Of a DNA stretch of 64,000 nucleotides, positions 1-13,421 are shown in pieces (the first letter of the stretch is position 1; the number at the start of each line of letters is the position of its first letter). The position numbers and the translations under genes are program-made. The DNA lies in the NCBI GenBank assembly GCA_951406725.2, contig OX597815.1, positions 104,408,001 to 104,472,000 on the forward strand, given 5' to 3'. The notes below the pieces were generated by a model, which was not told the DNA's origin, searched no databases, and saw only the letters and a program-made list of their open reading frames with translations. Source of the DNA: Octopus vulgaris. Its lineage: Eukaryota.

Positions 1-60
<60 letters not shown>

Positions 61-1202
61 ACAGAGAAAGGCATATACTTTAACTTTTCAACACCTAGTA
101 TTAAGCCAACTCTCTCACTACTTCGGTGCCACTCATTCAAAGTGGATCTTAGTCTTGCAAGTTACATGACAACTTCACTAGTGCTGGTGGCATGCAAAAA
201 CGCACCCAGTACACATTGTAAAGTGGTTGGCATTAGGAAGAGTATCCAGTTGTAGAAACCATGCCAAAGTAGACACTGGAGCATGATGCAGTCCTCAGAC
301 CCACTGGATCCTGTGAAACCATACAACTGATGCCAGCATGGAAGACAGATGTTAAAAGATTATGATGATGATTTATATATAATATAAATGTACAATATGG
401 ACCAATAGCTGTTAACATGGAAATGGTATTATTTAAGACTGATTTACTAAGGCTAACGTGAAAATTGAACAATAAACTCCATTCTTTAATGATTTTTCAT
501 TACATATGCATGTACTATGTGTATATGTGTGCATACACACACACACAAACACATACATGTATGTATGTATGTATGTATGTATGTATGTATTTATGTATGT
601 GTGTGTATATGTGTGTACCTTTGATTGTCTTCCATACAGTTAGCTTAGTTGCCATGCAATGAAATCAAACTTAGTAGCATGTGATTGCAAGCTGAACTTG
701 TTAATGGCACAACTATGCTACTTTTATAATGAGGTCCAGAATTTAATAAAAAGGGGGTAAGAAATGAATAATATAATAAAATATATAAAATAATGGTATA
801 GAAAATAATATATAAGGACTGTATAGATTTTCTGTTCTTTTTCAGTCCACAAGGCTACTCTATAACATAATATTGCTATTTCTAGAAGAGAAATGATAAC
901 TGCAGGAGGTTATTTAAAGGGGTTATAATGCAAATGTTAAATAAATAATACTTGATAACACAAATATAAAAAAGACAGTCAAGAATATTCATACACACAC
1001 ACACACACATTTACACAAATATAGTTAGATGCACATGTATGTAGAAACATATCCACAGACATTCACTCACACATATACACTACACATTCATCCATCCATT
1101 TATACACCCATACATGCACACGCAGATGCACACACACACGCATACAATATACATATATATATATACATACAAGAGTTAAGGAATGGAGTAGATAAGATCT
1201 GT

Positions 1203-1285
1203 GCTACATATGTTTCATAGTGAATGGAACTTTGGAAGTGGCAAATATCTAAACGAAGTATATACTGTAGACTACTCTTCAGGCC
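1203..1285 (-). ncRNA. Type I hammerhead ribozyme motif, inverted partner of 1361-1428
   Basis: Reverse complement reads GGC-CUGAAGA-GUAGU..(loop)..ACUAU-GAAAC-AUAU-GUA-GC. The core is intact and stem I is short. Confidence 0.7.
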
Positions 1286-1360
1286 AAGAATATCTTGGTT
1301 AAATGAAAGTTTACATTGTTGCAAGCAGATATATGTTAACACATCGAAGGTTGAATTCTT

Positions 1361-1428
1361 GGCCTGAAGAGTAGCCTGTGATATACATCTTGCTTGGAGT
1401 TTCTGCTTGCTATGAAACATATGTAGCC
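1361..1428 (+). ncRNA. Type I hammerhead ribozyme motif (Penelope pLTR-type), intact core
   Basis: GGC-CUGAAGA-GUAGC..(loop)..GCUAU-GAAAC-AUAU-GUA-GCC: stem I GGC/GCC, CUGAnGA, stem II, GAAA, palindromic stem III ACAUAUGU, and a GUA cleavage triplet. Confidence 0.75.
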
Positions 1429-2254
1429 TGGATCTTATCTACTCCATTCCTTTACTTGTGTATTCTTATTTGCATACCTGGCAATCTTGGAAATATAAAA
1501 AGAACTTCTTTCAATTTATTATACTTCAATAAGATAAAAATCCACAACCTTTGTCTCAATAAACCACTATTGTCCCTGAAAGATTTTTTAAATATTTATT
1601 TGCTTGAAGCTAACTTTCTCCCTACACCTCAATCCTTAGATCTTATATATATATATTTATATATATATATATATATACACACTGCTGATTAATGATCTAG
1701 AAACAAAGTACCCAGCACAAAACATAGAATATAATAGTTTATTTAGACTGGTCATTGATACCCTCTCTTCTCTTTATTCCGCTCTACAGTCACCCTCCTC
1801 ACTATTTACTGTACAAGTATTATGCTGCCACTGTACCCAAAGCTGGCAGTGAATTCCATGTTTCCTGTGTAACAAAGAATATCATTGGGCCTTTCTGAAC
1901 CTTTCAAATCCCAAACACTTTTCCTTCTATTCACTGAACCACATCACCCATGTAATGAGAGATGAAGTTGGCCCCACATGTATTCAGTTACTCCCACTAC
2001 CATGCTTATCACTCTACTTCTAAGGTATTGCATCAGTTGTGTTTATAACCCATACACTCTAACATCACACTTTATGTACTCAATAATTCTCTCACCTCTA
2101 CCACTTGCTATGGGAATACATCACTTACTCATACCATCACCTACCTCTATTGCCATCCATCATGCTGTCTCCCCTGCAATCATGCTCTTATCCAAACGAT
2201 TCTGTTTCTATCATCAAACTTATGCTCCCTTTTTCTACTCATTCTGGTATTTCT

Positions 2255-2329
<75 letters not shown>

Positions 2330-2672
2330 CTGTCACTCTACTTCTCTTTTCTATTCACTTTCTTGGTACTGTTGCCTCCAAAAAATAAGCACACCATAGA
2401 CAAGTGAAAACTCTCTAATATTACAGGAGGCAAAGTGACCCCATTAAGGCTGGTGCATGATAAAATGCTCTTAGTACATTCTCTAAAGTGGCAGGTGAAA
2501 TGAAGAGTGGCAATCTGTGAAAAACTAGCCAAAAATGATATGTACAAGCAAGATATGGTCTTTTGACCAGTCTTGGAGAATAGGAATACTAAATAAGAAC
2601 TGTTCTTGGACTGTGATGAATCATCCAAGCTATGCCAGCATGGAAAGTGGATGTAAAATGATGGTGATGGTA

Positions 2673-2717
<45 letters not shown>

Positions 2718-2801
2718 GTGATGATAATAACAATGATAATGATAAAATATATAAGTGTATGTATGAATATATGTGAATGTGTATACATATTTATCTATAT
2801 C

Positions 2802-2850
<49 letters not shown>

Positions 2851-3011
2851 ATATACATGTGTATATATATATATATTTATATATACATATATGTGTATAT
2901 ATATATATATACATATATATATATGTATATATTATATATACATACATATATATACATATGTATATACATGCATATATATTACAATATATATGCATACATA
3001 TATATTTTACA

Positions 3012-3044
<33 letters not shown>

Positions 3045-4546
3045 GACACACACACACATTCGTAAATTTACATATATTTAGGCACATTTATAAGAATAAA
3101 AAAAGCTGAATGGTTTCTAAAAATGTATGCATGTAAATAAATATAAATGTATTGTAATTACACATAACTACATTTCTTTACAGCTGTATTTATATAGGAA
3201 CATCTCATATCCACATACACACACACAAGCACACACACATATATGTATGCAAATATATGCATATATATGTATGTATATATATTCATTATTACTTTTCTAT
3301 ACAGTCCAGTGGGTGAAAGATCTCACTTAAAATTAGTTAAATCATCAGAGGCCAACAAGCATGCAATGTAACACATACACATGCAAATACTTAACACTCA
3401 GTAATGACGGTGAGCAGTTTTTACTATGCTTCTATGAAACTGTGCTAATGTAATTCTGGAATTTAACTCATGGCATATAGTATTATGTGCCTGTCTAACA
3501 TCAAAATATTAGCCCTTTACACTCAGTTTCATGCTTTAAATTAGTAGCTTTAAAATGGAAGCCATTTACTCATTTACATATCATATAGTTTTGGTAGATC
3601 CCCATGCCGCATGGACAATGAATGTTAAATGATGATGATGACGACTGCTGACCTTCTATCAAGAAAGGAATATCACATTACACCCTGTTTAATCATGGAC
3701 AGCATTCAGTAAGACATCTCAAAATTACTTTAGTTGATGGTTTCACTATCATGGAGGATCAATCCTGCTAAAGCCACATTTTTAGTTAAGATAGGACTGC
3801 ATCCCAAAGACTGGTCTTTTGCTTCAGACCAAAAGATACTTCAGCCTTTGACAATTATCAATAATCTTTGGCCTCCAACAATTATCAGTACTCTACAGAG
3901 CATGGATGAAGCCCTCAGTGCTGAATTAAGATTAATCTTAAGGTGTAGAGGCTTTACAAGATTTGAGTCCAAGCCAGTGAAAGCTAGGTTGGCATTTATC
4001 TTTGAATTTTATTTCATTTTATTTTTAATTTAATTTGATATGAAAGGATTGGATTATAATTAATGCAGTATTTCTCTCACATCTGGGAAAGCACTGCTGC
4101 TGCTGCTGCTGCATATTCAGTCATTCCAGAAAAGGGCCTTCCAATTAACATAATGTCACTCACTGACATGAACCAGTCTCTGACCTACAGGTGAGCTGTT
4201 TCCTCTGTGTAACCTACTATAATGGCTTCTACTCTTCAAAGCAGCTGGGGTTACACTACCTATATTCAGCATTCTCATCCTGCTCATTTTATACCCCTTG
4301 TATCCAGCTAGCCAGCTATCTAGGCCCTGTACCCCTAGGTACCAACCTTTCCTCCAGATCCTGAATGCAAAAGAAAAAAAAAATTATTGCCAATTCAATC
4401 CAAATGACACATTTGCTTATATGTGTGTGTGTGTGTGTATGCATATTATATATGTGCGTATAATGTACACAGACACACACACATATATATATATATATAT
4501 ACATATACATACAAACATGCATATATACAGCTACACATACACTCAA

Positions 4547-4588
<42 letters not shown>

Positions 4589-4823
4589 TTCTACTTTTAG
4601 CTTCCAGTCATTGGATTTGGGACATACTAGAACATTGCTCACATAAGTTTAATTGAATATACATGGACATGAGTATTTTGTCTATGGAAAGAATAAAGGC
4701 AAAGTTGGAATAGGTAAAACTGAAAATGAAAACTAAATGCTACACAATATTTTCTTAATCCATGATGCTACCTCATGATCCAAATGAGTATTTAGGTAAC
4801 CGTTCCTCAGTGTATCTGTCTGC

Positions 4824-4873
<50 letters not shown>

Positions 4874-5456
4874 CAAACGAACATACACTCACACACACAC
4901 ACATATATATTTATATATATATTACATTACATATATTTATATCTTATATGCATATATCTGTCTATCTATCTCTATATATATATACATACATATATATATA
5001 TATGTACAAAAAAATGTATACATGCATATACATGTTTATATATATTTGTATACATATATATTTATATGTATATATATATGTGTGTGTCTGTGTATATATA
5101 TATATATACACACACATATATATATATACATATATATATATATATGTATGTACATATATGTATGCATATATGTGTGTGTGTGTGTGCATATGTATGTGTA
5201 TATATATATATATATATGTATGGACATATTCCTGAGCTGAGTGCAGTAATGTGTTGAGTTATGTTCAATGTGACTCAAGTTATTTTTATTAATTGGTATT
5301 ATTGGTGGATTTGTGTCAGATGGTGATTGTGTAGGGTGCTGTGGGGATTGCAACTGTGAGAAAGTGAGTTGTTAGCATTTTAGTGTCAAGTATTGATTAT
5401 GTAAGAATGTGTTTTGCATAATTTTATTGGGTGTTGACTGTATAGTGTACGTGTTA

Positions 5457-5525
<69 letters not shown>

Positions 5526-5527
5526 TA

Positions 5528-5565
<38 letters not shown>

Positions 5566-6029
5566 AGCAAGCTTGTAAGGTCATCATGTCTGTGGTATTT
5601 TTTCACCTGTTAACATTCTGAGTTCAAATTTCATTGAGAAAAACTTTGTCTTCCAGCCCTCACAGGCTGATAAAATTACCACTCAAGCATTGGCATTGAT
5701 ATCCTCAAAATTGTTGGCTTTTTGCCTAAATCAGAAACTATTGCTAGTTTTTAGTCCACAACGTTTTTTATTTATTTATCAAACTCTGTATGTAACTGTC
5801 AATTAACCCTCATATCCACTTACCCATGCATCTACCCATTTATCCATCTACTTATCAATCCATCCATCCATCAATCCATCCATCCATCCATCCATTCATT
5901 CATCCATTCATTCATCCATCCATGCAACCATCCAGTTATCTATCTATCTATTTATGTTTTTACTTACATTTTGCTGGAAATATTATTGCGAAGAACTTTA
6001 AGAAATAATGTAACTATTGTTGTAAGTAA

Positions 6030-6610
6030 TAATTCCTTACCAAACGTCCTTCCTTGCCAAATATCCTGCCTTTACCAATTGTCCTTCCTTGCCATATATC
6101 CTGCCTTACAAATTGTCCTTCCTTGCCAAATATCCTGCCTTCTCAATTGTTCTTTTTTAAAAATATCCTTTACTATCACTTATTTTTCCTTACCAAATAC
6201 CTTTTATTACCAAATATTTTCTCATACTGTTTTTCATTACCACATACCCTTCCTTATTAAATGTCCTTCATTTGCAAGTATCCTGCCTTATCAAACATAC
6301 TTCCTTGCTAAATGTCTTTCATTACCAAATATTCTTCCTAGGTATCCTTCCTTACTAAATATCTATCATTGCCAAATATCCTTACTTATGAAACATCATT
6401 TCTTACTTAACATTCTTCCTTACTAAATGTACTTATTAATTATCCTTCTATACCAAATGTCCTTCCTTTCCAAATGTCTTTCATTATCAATTATGCTCTT
6501 TCCGAGTATCCTTTCATAGCATTTGTCCTTTAATAAATGTCCTTCTTTACCAATTATCTTTCTTTACTAAAATGTCCTTTTTTCAGGTATACTTCTCTAT
6601 CAAAATCTTA
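6030..6610. repeat. Degenerate ~17-bp minisatellite
   Basis: Recurring CTTCCTTACCAAATATC-like units that decay to the right. This explains the LPCQISC repeats in ORF 5971..6426. Confidence 0.8.
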
Positions 6611-7648
6611 CAATAGTAGATTACATTTACATTAATTTCATACCATTTCATTCATTGAATTTTTAATTTTTCTCTTTCTTGTTTATTTTAAGTCAAAGAC
6701 CAGTCTTGATCAACCAAACTATAATCAAAGGTGATCTAGCCATGACCATCCCACCTTTTTTTTCAAACATAATGAATGCATGAGTGATTTATCCTATGCT
6801 TCCTGTCATTCCTTTTTTTTTAAGATGATAGGGTGTGTTAGGAAGATGTGGCTGCTATTTCTAGCAGGTCAAGCAGCCACATAGAGGCTTCCTTGCTTTC
6901 TTTGAAATCCATAAAATTCTGTATTGTATATCTTTGTAGTATCTTTGAGAAATGAAAAGCTAAAAAGTTATTGAATAACATTTATAAAGCTTGTTCATTT
7001 CTTAGGAGTTAATTTTAAAGAGATTTACTTGAAGATGTCTTACCAAAAGAAAATAACAACAACAAAAACAACAGCAACAACAACAGAAGAAACTCAATTA
7101 GAAAGCAAAATAAACAAAAAAAAAGAAGAAAAAAGGATTACATATAATGAAGATTAAGAATAAGTAAATAAGTTTACTGTCAAATAAAATGAGTTTTATT
7201 GTTACAACATGGGGTAAATTGGATCACTGGTGATACTTCTGAAAGAAATCTCAGATTACTTAAAATTATAGTGTTTAAAGGGTTATCTGTTGATCCAATT
7301 AAAGATAATTAATCGAGTTAAGGAGTTTGTCTACTAAATACAAAAAGTATGCAGTTTCGTTTTCAGAGTTTTTTCTTTTTATTGACTTACATCCAAAATG
7401 TTTGCAATGTTGTTCATCTACATGTTTCTTATGAAGATAAAGCATAGTCATGAACGGAAAAAAAAAATAAAGAAAGGTGTAGATCTAATGAGAAATGAGA
7501 GTGAGTGACTGAGTGAGTGGAACACCTGAACACAGAGAAGAGAAGTGGAAGGAAGAGACAGACAGAGACTGACACATGGACAGACAGATTATGAGAATGA
7601 GGCAGAGAAGACAAAAGGGGGAGAGAGAAAGTAAAATAGAGACTGAGT

Positions 7649-7688
<40 letters not shown>

Positions 7689-7864
7689 GGGGAAAAGAGA
7701 CAGAGAGACAGACAGAGACAGATAGACAAACAGAGAGAGAGGGAGAGAGGGAGAGAGAGAAAGACAGTCAGAGAGAGGGGATAAATAATTATAATCTGGA
7801 AAATAGAATTATTCTTATCCTAAACAGAATATTAAATGCAAATTATCATAATGTGTTCAGTTAT

Positions 7865-8530
7865 TGTTAACATACTTAATGCAGGGAGCATTACAAAGCT
7901 AACTATAAATAATTAGTAGTGAGGAAAAACAATATTAGTCAATGACTAATATGATTTTAGTTATTTCAGCCAGTACAGGAGACAACTTTAGACATGTTTT
8001 ACTCTTATTATGACCTTACCAGCAAAGTATAGACTTCACAGTACTTGCTGTAGTAGTGGTGGAAGAATCACTAAGTAAACGTACAAAAATGTACACTGAT
8101 TGGCATGGGAAACTAGAATTTTGTTTAAAGAATAAATTATTCAGAGACTCCATCTACACAAAAATAAAAGTGTTTGTGTTAACATATTTAATGCCCAAAG
8201 CATTAAAAATGAACTAGAAATAATTATGCAGTGAGGAAAAAACAATATTAGACATTAACTAATATTATTTTAATTATTTCAGTAAGTATAGATACAACTC
8301 TGAACATGTTTTGGCCTTATTATGACCTCATCAGCAAAGCGTAAACTTCACTATATTCACCAAAGTAGTAATGGAAAAAAATCACTAAGTAAATGTACAA
8401 GACTGTACATTGTTTGGCATAGGGAACTAGAATTGCTTAGAGAATAAATTTCTCAGAGATGCCACCTGCATGAAAAACAATGCGGGGCATGTTTAAAAAA
8501 TAACTAGAAATAATTATGCGGTGAGGAAAT
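7865..8530 (-). repeat. ~312-bp tandem repeat (two full units plus a partial one), each full unit carrying a degenerate minimal hammerhead
   Basis: Units start at about 7865 and 8177 (tgttaacata.ttaatgc...gtgaggaaaaa...cactaagtaaa.gtacaa...aactagaatt). Unit 2 minus strand reads GCUUUG-CUGAUGA-GGUC-AUAAUAA-GGCC-AAAAC-AUGUU-CAGAGU. Confidence 0.75.
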
Positions 8531-8650
8531 GTGATAAACTATCATCATATGACAAGCTATTAGAATGTGACAAACTATTAGATTGTGACAAGCTATTATT
8601 ATGTGATAAACTATTAGAATGTGACAAGCTATTATAATGTGACAAACTGA
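8530..8650. repeat. 18-bp minisatellite (about 6.5 copies)
   Basis: Unit is approximately TGTGACAAGCTATTAGAA. Confidence 0.9.
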
Positions 8651-9152
8651 AAATGTTATTTTTTAAGTTTTTTTCTTTTTTTTCTTTTATTCCTAAAAGA
8701 GAGATATGGGACATTTTGGTGTGAAAATGTGAACTGCAATTACTAGGGCAGTAATAATAATATTAGTAATAATCATGTTATTGTAGTAGTGATACCAAAA
8801 TGAAACTCTACAATACTTGATACATAACAATAAGAGGCATTACATAATTTGTTGTACTTTGGAATTATCAAAAATAAATCGATATTTAGAAAGATATCTT
8901 TGTACATATCTACATCTTCATTCAGCTTAGTTATTCTTCATTAAAACTCAACAATTACTCAATAAACTGCAAACGGTCTGTCTAGGATCTCTGTTCTGTT
9001 CTGTTTCATCATTAGCAGGGCTCAACTTTAGAAAAAAGTGTAAGGCTACACAAACATAACATAAAAAAGTAACCCAAAAATGTACATTGTAAAAAAAAAA
9101 AAAACAACTAAAAATAAATAATGAAACTTAAAACAAAAATTACTACCCTCCC

Positions 9153-9193
<41 letters not shown>

Positions 9194-9249
9194 TAATAAT
9201 AATAATAATAATAAAAAGAAAATACATCAATGAAAGAAAAGAAGAACAA

Positions 9250-10445
9250 TGTTTGAAGTATGTTTCTTCATATTTTATCAACGTGTGGTTGCGGATACTT
9301 TTATTTCAAGCTAATAACACGTAAAGAACTACTTTACATGATACTTATATATTTTTTTTGTTCGTTTTCTTGAGGGCGAAGGAAAACTACATTCACATCC
9401 AGTGCGAAATGTGGGCTTCTGACACAAGGTTAATTCTAAAAGTAATTTACTAAACCCAATTTGAGCTGTACATTGGTTTGGTTTTTCAAGAACCAGACAA
9501 AAACCTTAATTAGGCGCCGACTCATACCAAAAACCTACACCCCAAAAAATAGTGTGAAGACCATGGCAGAATATTAACTTATAGAAATATTTTTTAAAAA
9601 ATCAAACGAAAACAACCAAAAGATCCCCCAAGACTAAAAATACAAGGGACCTTTAAATATATACACCTGAGTGCCCCGTAAAGACACCTTTCAACAAAAT
9701 TTGTCAACCACTAATTTTATCCGCAGTCGTTGTCCACAAAGCACCATGGTTACCTACAAAATAATTTGCATAGCGAGGCGCTACTTAGGCTAATCTATAA
9801 GAACTAGGATTTTTGTTTTTCAAAATTTTCGGTTTGTTTTTTGTTTTCTTTTAGTTTTTTTGTACAATCTTTGAATAACTGTTATCATCAAAAGACGACC
9901 CATTCAGTCATAAGTTATTGTAATCTATCCAATACAGGCACTTTTACAGTTCCCTGGGCTTGTAAAACATATTTTATGTCTTCTTTTCTTTACACTCCCA
10001 CACCTTCTTCAATAGGTTGTTGTATTGTATATTTTTACTCCCACTTTACCATTGCTATATAGAATGGTACTTTGGTAGTCATTTACCAACATTCCTGAAG
10101 AGTGCTTAGTCAGCAAAAAAATAAAAAAATTGCTAGCTTTTTTTTTCATTTTTCTTTTTTGTTTTATTCTAAGTTACTGACCACCTTAAAGACGAGAAGG
10201 TTTGAATGGAACATCAATCAGTCGTGTCTAGAGAGAAACCTTTTCAATTATCACAAACTACAGCAAGATGCTAACTTTGTTTTTAAGTTACATAGCTGTA
10301 GCTTACATCACATGATTTTAAAATGGTGACGTTATTTAAAAATAAAAAATAAAACAAAAGTAACAAAAATGAAAAAAAAACAGATGTAAATACCCTGATG
10401 AAAATGGGTAAATCAGATGATATTGCTATATATTTTTTTCACATT
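9250..10445 (-). other. Probable HCN 3' UTR (distal end undetermined)
   Basis: Directly follows the stop codon, contains no recognisable TEs or microsatellites, and retains CpGs. Minus-strand AATAAA candidates lie near 10163-10168 and 9300-9305. Confidence 0.45.
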
Positions 10446-11965
10446 CTAAACAGGAGATTCTTTAGAATCTGGATATTCTTCACCAGGTTTCTTAATATCT
10501 AAGGTTATTAATTTTCCTATAGTTGGTTTTTCTACTTTAACTTCACCAGTAATTGGTTTTGCTTTACTGGGACTTATCCTGCCAGTTCTCTGTTCACTGA
10601 CCGGTGCTGCTGGTTTTGCCTTCGTTGCTGATTTTTCTGTTTTCTCATCAGAAGATTTTTCAACATTAGTCTTTTCTGTCTTACTCTCCTGAAATTTACC
10701 ATTTGAAGATTTTTCTAATTTTTCTGATTTGTCCTGCTCTTTTTCTTTTTCTTTTTCTTTGTCATCTTTCTCTTTTTCTTTATCATCCTTTTTCTCAGTT
10801 TTTTGGTCCAGCGTTTTACATTTAATATCTACACTCTTTGATCTAGGTCTTTGCTCTTTTGATAATTCAGATACTTTTCCTTTGCTTTTATCAGAAGAAA
10901 CTCCAGAGTCTCCAGGAAGTTTCAAATATTGCATACCAGGTCTGCTTTCAAAAGTCACTGACCTTTCATCCAGACTTGGAGTCTTACGTTCTCTATATTT
11001 GCGAGCTTTGTGATCTCGACTTGACCCATCAGTTAATTTTAACTTTTTTTCCAAATAACTTGGTTTTTTTCTCTCATTATTACCATCTTCATCGGTAGAA
11101 CAGTGCTCTTTCTTGTCTTCTTGAGAAGTTTGCTTTAGAATTGGTTTACGTTCACGACATTTATCATCTTTCACAATGGAATGATGGTGGTGATGGTGGT
11201 ACTGATGTTTTTCCTTGTCTTTGTCTTTCTCTTTCTCCTCCTTCTCTTTCTCTGACTCTTTCTCCTTTTCCGATTCTTTCTCGTGTTCTTTTTCTTTTGT
11301 CTTATCTTTTTCTTTCTCTTCCTTATCTTCTTTCTCTTTATCATCCTTCATTTTCTTTTCTGGAGACATCTTTTCATCCTTTGATTCTTTAATGTCCTTG
11401 TTCGTTTCACTGATGATTCCTAACACATCTCCGCAACTACCAGTTCTTTTACGATCAGGCATTTGGGGAACTCTTAAACCAAAAAGATTTGACCCAGAAT
11501 GCACTTTGGGTAACCTGCTAAAGATATTTGATGGCCTATAGTCGTCCCTATCATCACCAGCCATTCTAGCAAGGTTCTCTTTTGACTTTGACTTTCGCTC
11601 TTCAGTTATTTTCTGAAGAGTTAGAGGAAAATCAAACTTGAATTTCTTTTTAGGTTTCGTTTCATAACTGTCATCAGATTCTCTATCTTCATCTTCGCTA
11701 GCACTGGTGGGAATGGGGGTAGACTCCATGACAATCTCATTAACTAATTTTTGATCCTCTTCCAAATCAGCACGACTGCTGACAATACTAGGATTTTTGC
11801 CAATCTTTGATAGTCTCTCGGCAGCTACACTTTCCATCGTTCGTCTCATTACTGGGTAGTTGTCGAGGACTGCATTGAAGTGTTCTACTGATAGTGAATA
11901 TAAATTCACATAAGTTTCAGATCGAACACTTGCCACACGTTTCGCATTAGTAAGAAGACAAATTT
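10446..11965 (-). CDS. HCN: HCN channel terminal coding exon (CNBD phosphate-binding cassette, C-helix, long charged C-terminal tail, stop)
   Basis: After the tttcag acceptor, AA completes GAA (E), then [58 protein letters not shown] continues into the 496-aa ORF to TAG at 10446-10448. The phase matches the upstream exon. Confidence 0.96.
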
Positions 11966-12607
11966 CTGAAAGTAAATAAAAAAAAGTAGTAATTAGTCTA
12001 GGAATAACAAGAATACAATATAATTTAAAATAGGATTATGTTATATGATTAAATTATGTTCAAGAAATAATTTTTTTAAAACATATTTAATAAAATGACA
12101 AAAAAATATGTTTAGGAAATATTGAAACTTAACGTAATTTAGAATAATATATAACACAAACAACTTGATATACAAACATGATTTCACGTTAATATTTTTA
12201 GAATTTAAAGCATAAATATACTAAATAAACATGCATCATTCAGATTTGTTAAAAAAAATTATTAAAATTGTGTATAATTTAGATACAAAGCCTTAAATTT
12301 GGGTGAGGTGTTTGATTACATTTATTGACCCCATTACTTGACTGGTATTTTGAAATGAAGGCTAAGCAGGCCAATACTTTGAAATCATTGTCAACACTAT
12401 TCATGTAAAAGAATAATAAATATGTATTTTTCAATTTAATGCAAAATTGTTTTTATTATAACCCAATATAAAAACAAATATTTATATATATATATATATA
12501 TAAAATAAATGAAGATGAATAAATATTGACAGTTCAATACATGCTACAAATGTTTCAAAGGCATGGCAATTTATTTTCACTTAATATATTACATTATTAT
12601 TATTACC

Positions 12608-12678
<71 letters not shown>

Positions 12679-13421
12679 TATATGCTAAAATTGCAATACA
12701 TATCATCATCAGTTGTTTTTGTATCATCACCAAGTAAAAATTAACTGCAATCTTCAGCCCTGAAGATTGCAGTGGCAGGAAATTCAAGTTGCATGACCAG
12801 CTTCTAACTTCAAATTTAATGAGAAAACATCATATCTTCTTTGACATGTATTGAATACTCCTTTCTCATTTGTTTGATATTAAGCAACATACATATAACA
12901 TGGACTCTCTCACCATTAGAGAGTTCCATAATTTCTTGCTTGAACAACCCCACAGATGGCTTGTCTATAGGGATCAAATGTTTGTATTCACATAAGCACA
13001 CTACCTCCATCAAACTGACATTGCTTGTACAAGCACACAAGTGTTCCATACATCAGATGATGAGATGATCATAGAACAATGTGAAATGAAGTATTTTCTT
13101 CAAGAACACCATGCCCAATCTGGGAATCCACACAACAATCTTGGGATCATGAGTACAACACTGTAAGCACTTAGCCACACACCTTAACACACACATGTAC
13201 ACAGACACATCCACTTAGATACACTCACACACACACTCACGCACATGCACACTTACAAACACACGCATAATGTAGTATTGTCAATTAAAAATAATGTGGT
13301 TGATTAGTATAGATTTGATGGAGATAGCATGATGTTCCTGCAATGTGAAAATAGTTGAAAATTTGATCTTAGAGAATCATCAGAGAAATGTTTCAACTGG
13401 ACAAGCATTTTATTAAAAAAC

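Noticed and set aside
465-5353. Many 60-170 aa ORFs rich in YI/HT/CV/MY repeats (also at 22.8, 33.8, 34.9, 48.5, 54.1 and 55.7 kb)
   Set aside because: They are translations of (TA)n, (CA)n and (CATA)n microsatellites that lack stops by composition; there is no sign of real coding sequence.
8530-8650. Regularly spaced 18-bp repeats superficially like a CRISPR array
   Set aside because: They are head-to-tail units with no unique spacers, in a eukaryotic context with no cas genes; this is a minisatellite.
10729-11541. Plus-strand Ser/Phe-rich ORFs overlapping the HCN terminal exon
   Set aside because: Antisense shadows of the K/E-rich coding sequence.
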